Below are positions 60,212 to 64,000 of a DNA stretch of 64,000 bases, piece after piece; the first letter of the stretch is position 1, and each line of letters opens with the position of its first letter. The notes beneath the pieces were generated by a model, which was not told the origin of the DNA, made no database searches, and saw only the letters and a list, made by a program, of their open reading frames with translations. A program made the position numbers and the translations under genes. Origin of the DNA: Azolla caroliniana (lineage: Eukaryota; Plantae; Polypodiophyta); assembly GCA_043228905.1 (NCBI GenBank), contig JBHGNT010000009.1, positions 9,610,001-9,674,000 of the forward strand. Reading direction: 5' to 3'.

Positions 60212-63200
60212 TGTCAGGAATAGTACTAAAGCAGAGATGGAATTAGTACTAAGAAGAGCAGTACTATTAGTACTAAGAGGACGGGCCTACATAAGATTCC
60301 CGAGAGAGAGGAAGTGAGAAGAGGAGAGAGAGAAAGATAATGACAGCAGCTAATATATTATGTGAAAAAGATAAGTACAAGCGGCTAAGAGGCTTAAGAC
60401 TGCTGTTGAACCAATTTGGTTCAACATAATGCCTAGTGCCTTCTTTTATAGTGTTGTCAGGAGTAATCCTGAAACTTCTAGAATGTTCCAGAGAAATCTG
60501 GAATATACATTACTTTCTTATAATAAAGCATAAATGAAAATAATATCCTATGAATTACAATAGATGGTGTGATGGTTAAGAGCTCGACCTATATACCATA
60601 AGGTCATGGGTTCGAGTCTTGCCATATCATGACACTATCTCCCCCTTAAAGACGACGAGTGGAACGAGTCGGCGTTGATTGCGGACTGGGTTTGTCCGGA
60701 TACTTTCGGTGGAAATCGACAAGCAGATCCTGAGCATTTGCGACATGCTCGACGGGTTCCCAAGTGCGTTCGCTCGGACTATAACCAAGCCAATCGACTA
60801 AATAATAAAGTTTGTTGCGAATAAGTTTGGAATCGAGGATGGCAGCAACTTCATACTCCGGGCCGGCGTCCAACTCCAGCGGGGGCGGCGGTGGTGTAAC
60901 ACGATCGGGAATGGTGTTCTCTTTATAAGGTTCAAGAAGAGAACAATGGAAAACCGGATGTATCTGAAGCTGCGGAGGGAGATCAAGGCGGAATGTGACA
61001 TCATTAACCTTACCCGTAATACGGAAAGGACCGAGTCGTCGATAATCCAACTTGTCGCACGGTCGAGTAGTCTTGATGTGATGACGTAAGAGCCATACTC
61101 AATCTCCGATGGCAAAAGAGGAGGGAAGCCAATGACGATCCGCGTAAGTCTTCTGTGTCTGTTGAGCATGACGAAGATGAGTCGAGAGATCTGTCTAGAT
61201 CTTGCGTAGTCTCTCCAAATGATCCCCGGCACAAGGATTGGTAGGTAGCTCCGAGGTATCGATCACCGACCAGCGAGGATGAGAACCGGTATAAGCGTAG
61301 AATGGGGAGACTCGAGTCGAGGAGTGAACAACATTATTATACGCAAACTCCGCAAAGTCGAGAATCTCAGCCCAATCGTCCTGTTGATAACTCAGGAAAC
61401 ACCGGAGATATTACTCCAGCATTTGGTTTGTTCGTTCTGCCTGCCCATCGGTCTGAGGATGGTAGCCGGAGGAGAGGTTGCAAGAGACCTTGAGCATCTT
61501 GAAGAGATGCTACCAAAATTTGGAGACAAATTGCGGTCCTCGGTCACTGATGATACTGTCTGGGAGGCCATGATGCCGAAATACCTCACGCTTGACTAGG
61601 GCACCGGTTTCCTCGCTAGTGATGGCCTTAGTACACGGAACAAAATGTGCCATCTTCGTATATCGATCGACGACGGTTAAGATAGCATCGAACCCCTGCG
61701 AGACCGGCAGATCTGTAATAAAATCAAGACAAATAGACTGCCACGGCTTACTTGGAATCGGTAAAGGTTCCAACAAGCCATATGGATGGTGTCGTGGCAT
61801 CTTTGCTCGACAGCAAGCATCACAGGTCCGAACGTAGTCGTCGACAAAATGGCGCATGTGGGGCCACCAAAAAGATCGTTGCACTAGCTCCAACGTCTTA
61901 GTACTACCGAAATGTCCCGCCGTATGGGTGTCGTGACAATGCTGGACGATTTGAAGGCGACAGGAGCAATCAGGGACATATACGCGCTTTTTAAAGAATA
62001 ACAAACCATCATGATATTCGAATTGTCGGTAGTCAATACCTGGTTGTTGAGACTGAGAACAGGATGCCCGAGAAGTATCAATGTGCGCCAGGATGTCTTG
62101 AGCAAAACTATCCGTCTTCAAGTTTGAACGTATGTCATCGGTAATCCGTGAATCCATCGGGGTGTGAAAAATCTACGTCGTGTGCAATCGTGTTGGTCCC
62201 AAGATTATTTGCTTTTGATAATCAAATGTTGGATCACCAGGACGAGGTGCAAGATATGAACGCCGTGATAGTGCATCTGCTTTTCCTTGCTGCTTCCCCG
62301 GTCGATATGTGATTTTGAAGTCGAAACGCGTGAGGAATTGTGCCCATCGAGCTTGCCGTCGATTTAGTACGCGAGCGTTCTGGAAATAAGCAAGATTTTT
62401 ATGATCACTAAAGACAATGACCTGATGTGGAGAGCCCTCTAAGAAATGCCGCCATTGCACAAATGAATCCACGATGGCTAATAACTCCTTGTCATGTATT
62501 TCGTAGTTGATTTCCGCGACATCGAATTTGTGCGAGTGGAAAGCCACCGGATGCAACTCTTCTTTATGTCCTTGTTGAGAAAGGATGCTACCGAGGGCGA
62601 AATCTGAAGCGTCAGCCTCCATGATGAATGGTTTGCTGGTATCCACATGAGCTAGAATCGGTGATGATGTAAAGGCTTTCTTAAGATGCCGAAAAACCAT
62701 ATCCGCCTCAATGGACCAAAGAAATGCTTGGACCTTCGTAAGTTGTGTGAGGGGTAAAATAATCTTCGAGTAATCCTGTATAAACTTACGGTAGAAGTTA
62801 GCAAAACCTAGAAAACATTGTACATCTCGTACCGACCGTGGAATTTGCCATTCTAATACAGTTTGGACTTTAGCTGGATCCATGGCGATGCCCTTTGAGG
62901 AGATGACGTAGCCTAGAAATTCCACTTGCTTGCAGTCAAAGCTACATTTTTCTAGCTTGGCATAAAGACCATTCTCGCGGAGTCGCTTTAGTACTAATAG
63001 TACATGAGAATCGTGCTCTTGCTGGGTCTTCGAATAAATCAATAGATCATCCAGATAGATGATCAAACAGATATCCAAGAGGTCTCTGAATATATCATTT
63101 GCCATGTGTTGGAAGACTACGGGTGCATTGGTTAGGCCGAACGGCATAACAGTATACTCGAAATGCCCATACCGCGTGCGAAAGGCGGTCTTCCATTCAT

Positions 63201-64000
63201 CTCCCGGTCGGATCCGCACGAGGTTATACGCTCCTCGTAGATCGATTTTGGTAAAAAACTTGGCACCATTAACTCGCTCTAAAAGACTTGATATAAGAGG
63301 AAGTGCATACATACTCTGGATGGTGACCTTATTCAATCCACGGTAATCAACGACGAGACGAAGTGAGCCATCTTTCTTCTTGACAAAGAAGATGGGTGCA
63401 CCGGCCGGAGATTTCGAATGACGGATGAACCCGCTTGCCAAGTTCTCCTCTATGTAGGCTCGAAGGACTTCTAACTCAATGCGTGACAAGTTGTAAATTG
63501 GTCCCCATGGGGGCTCGGTTCCTGGTTGTAAATCGATGGGACAGTCATAGGGACGGTGATGAGGAAGGGTACCGGCTTTTACCTTGTCAAATACATCGGC
63601 ATAAGGATGATATTTTGCCGGAAGTTGTATTGAGGAGTCCTTAATAGTGCTGGAAGGATGTACTGATATTGCAAATAGGAACATTGCCTCCTTGTGTCCT
63701 TCTTCGCGTAATTGATGGAGTGAAATGGTCGAAACTTGATGAGTAGATTCTTGGGGTGGTCGATATCGGACTTCTCTTGTTCTCCAATCTATGGCTGGAT
63801 TATGTAATTCAAACCAAGGTAATCCTAGGACAATGGGATGCTCTGGACTACTAATTATATTAAATGATATTACACACACAAAACTACCTAGGACAACTTG
63901 AATGGGTTCTGATTATTCTACAATATTCCTGGAAGCAATGGGACGACCATCAATGACTACTACAGATGCGGGACAAGGAAGTTTTCTTAGGGATATCTGA
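60212..64000 (-). mobile_element. Tcn1-like chromovirus (family B), 3' LTR 60212-60634, running off the window
   Basis: 568-codon RT-RH ORF at 62173-63879, integrase, chromodomain YEVAAILDS...WLGYSPSERTWEP; LTR similar to 19379-19869. Confidence 0.95.
60558..60628 (+). promoter_or_regulatory. tRNA-like A/B-box module in LTR U3
   Basis: A box TGGTGTGATGG at 60565; B box GGTTCGAGTC at 60609. Confidence 0.6.

Overview
This 64 kb window has no recognisable host gene; it is a dense nest of plant retrotransposons. A moss or other early land plant is the likely source (inference from the mix of Tcn1-like chromoviruses and Trp-primed, Phygy-like non-chromoviruses). Contents: (i) one apparently intact LINE, starting upstream of the window and ending at 3715 in an (ATCT)n tail; (ii) three Tcn1-like chromoviruses (19379-26814 minus, 27151-32637 plus and full length, 60212-64000 minus); (iii) several Trp-primed Ty3/gypsy elements with TGTC...ACA LTRs, including a full-length copy at 40211-47500 and solo LTRs at 36175-36823 and 47949-48734; (iv) non-chromovirus gypsy elements with a conserved extra 3' ORF (7250-19180, 55139-56091); (v) one full-length Met-primed copia (11821-17193) plus six pieces of a second copia group; (vi) a non-coding two-LTR element (22563-25475) and a foldback insertion (52207-53064). 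Most LTR-element ORFs are broken by stops and frameshifts. Main observations: antisense tRNA-like A-box/B-box modules with 43-44 nt spacing in the U3 of LTRs from two distant gypsy lineages; a palindromic U3 module shared between a copia LTR and a gypsy LTR; a LINE whose ORF1 and ORF2 are in frame across one TAG with no AUG before the endonuclease; a candidate G-GAU-UUU -1 frameshift after the protease; a self-priming PBS; and 4-bp CG-containing target sites. All coordinates and alignments were read by eye and no searches were run.
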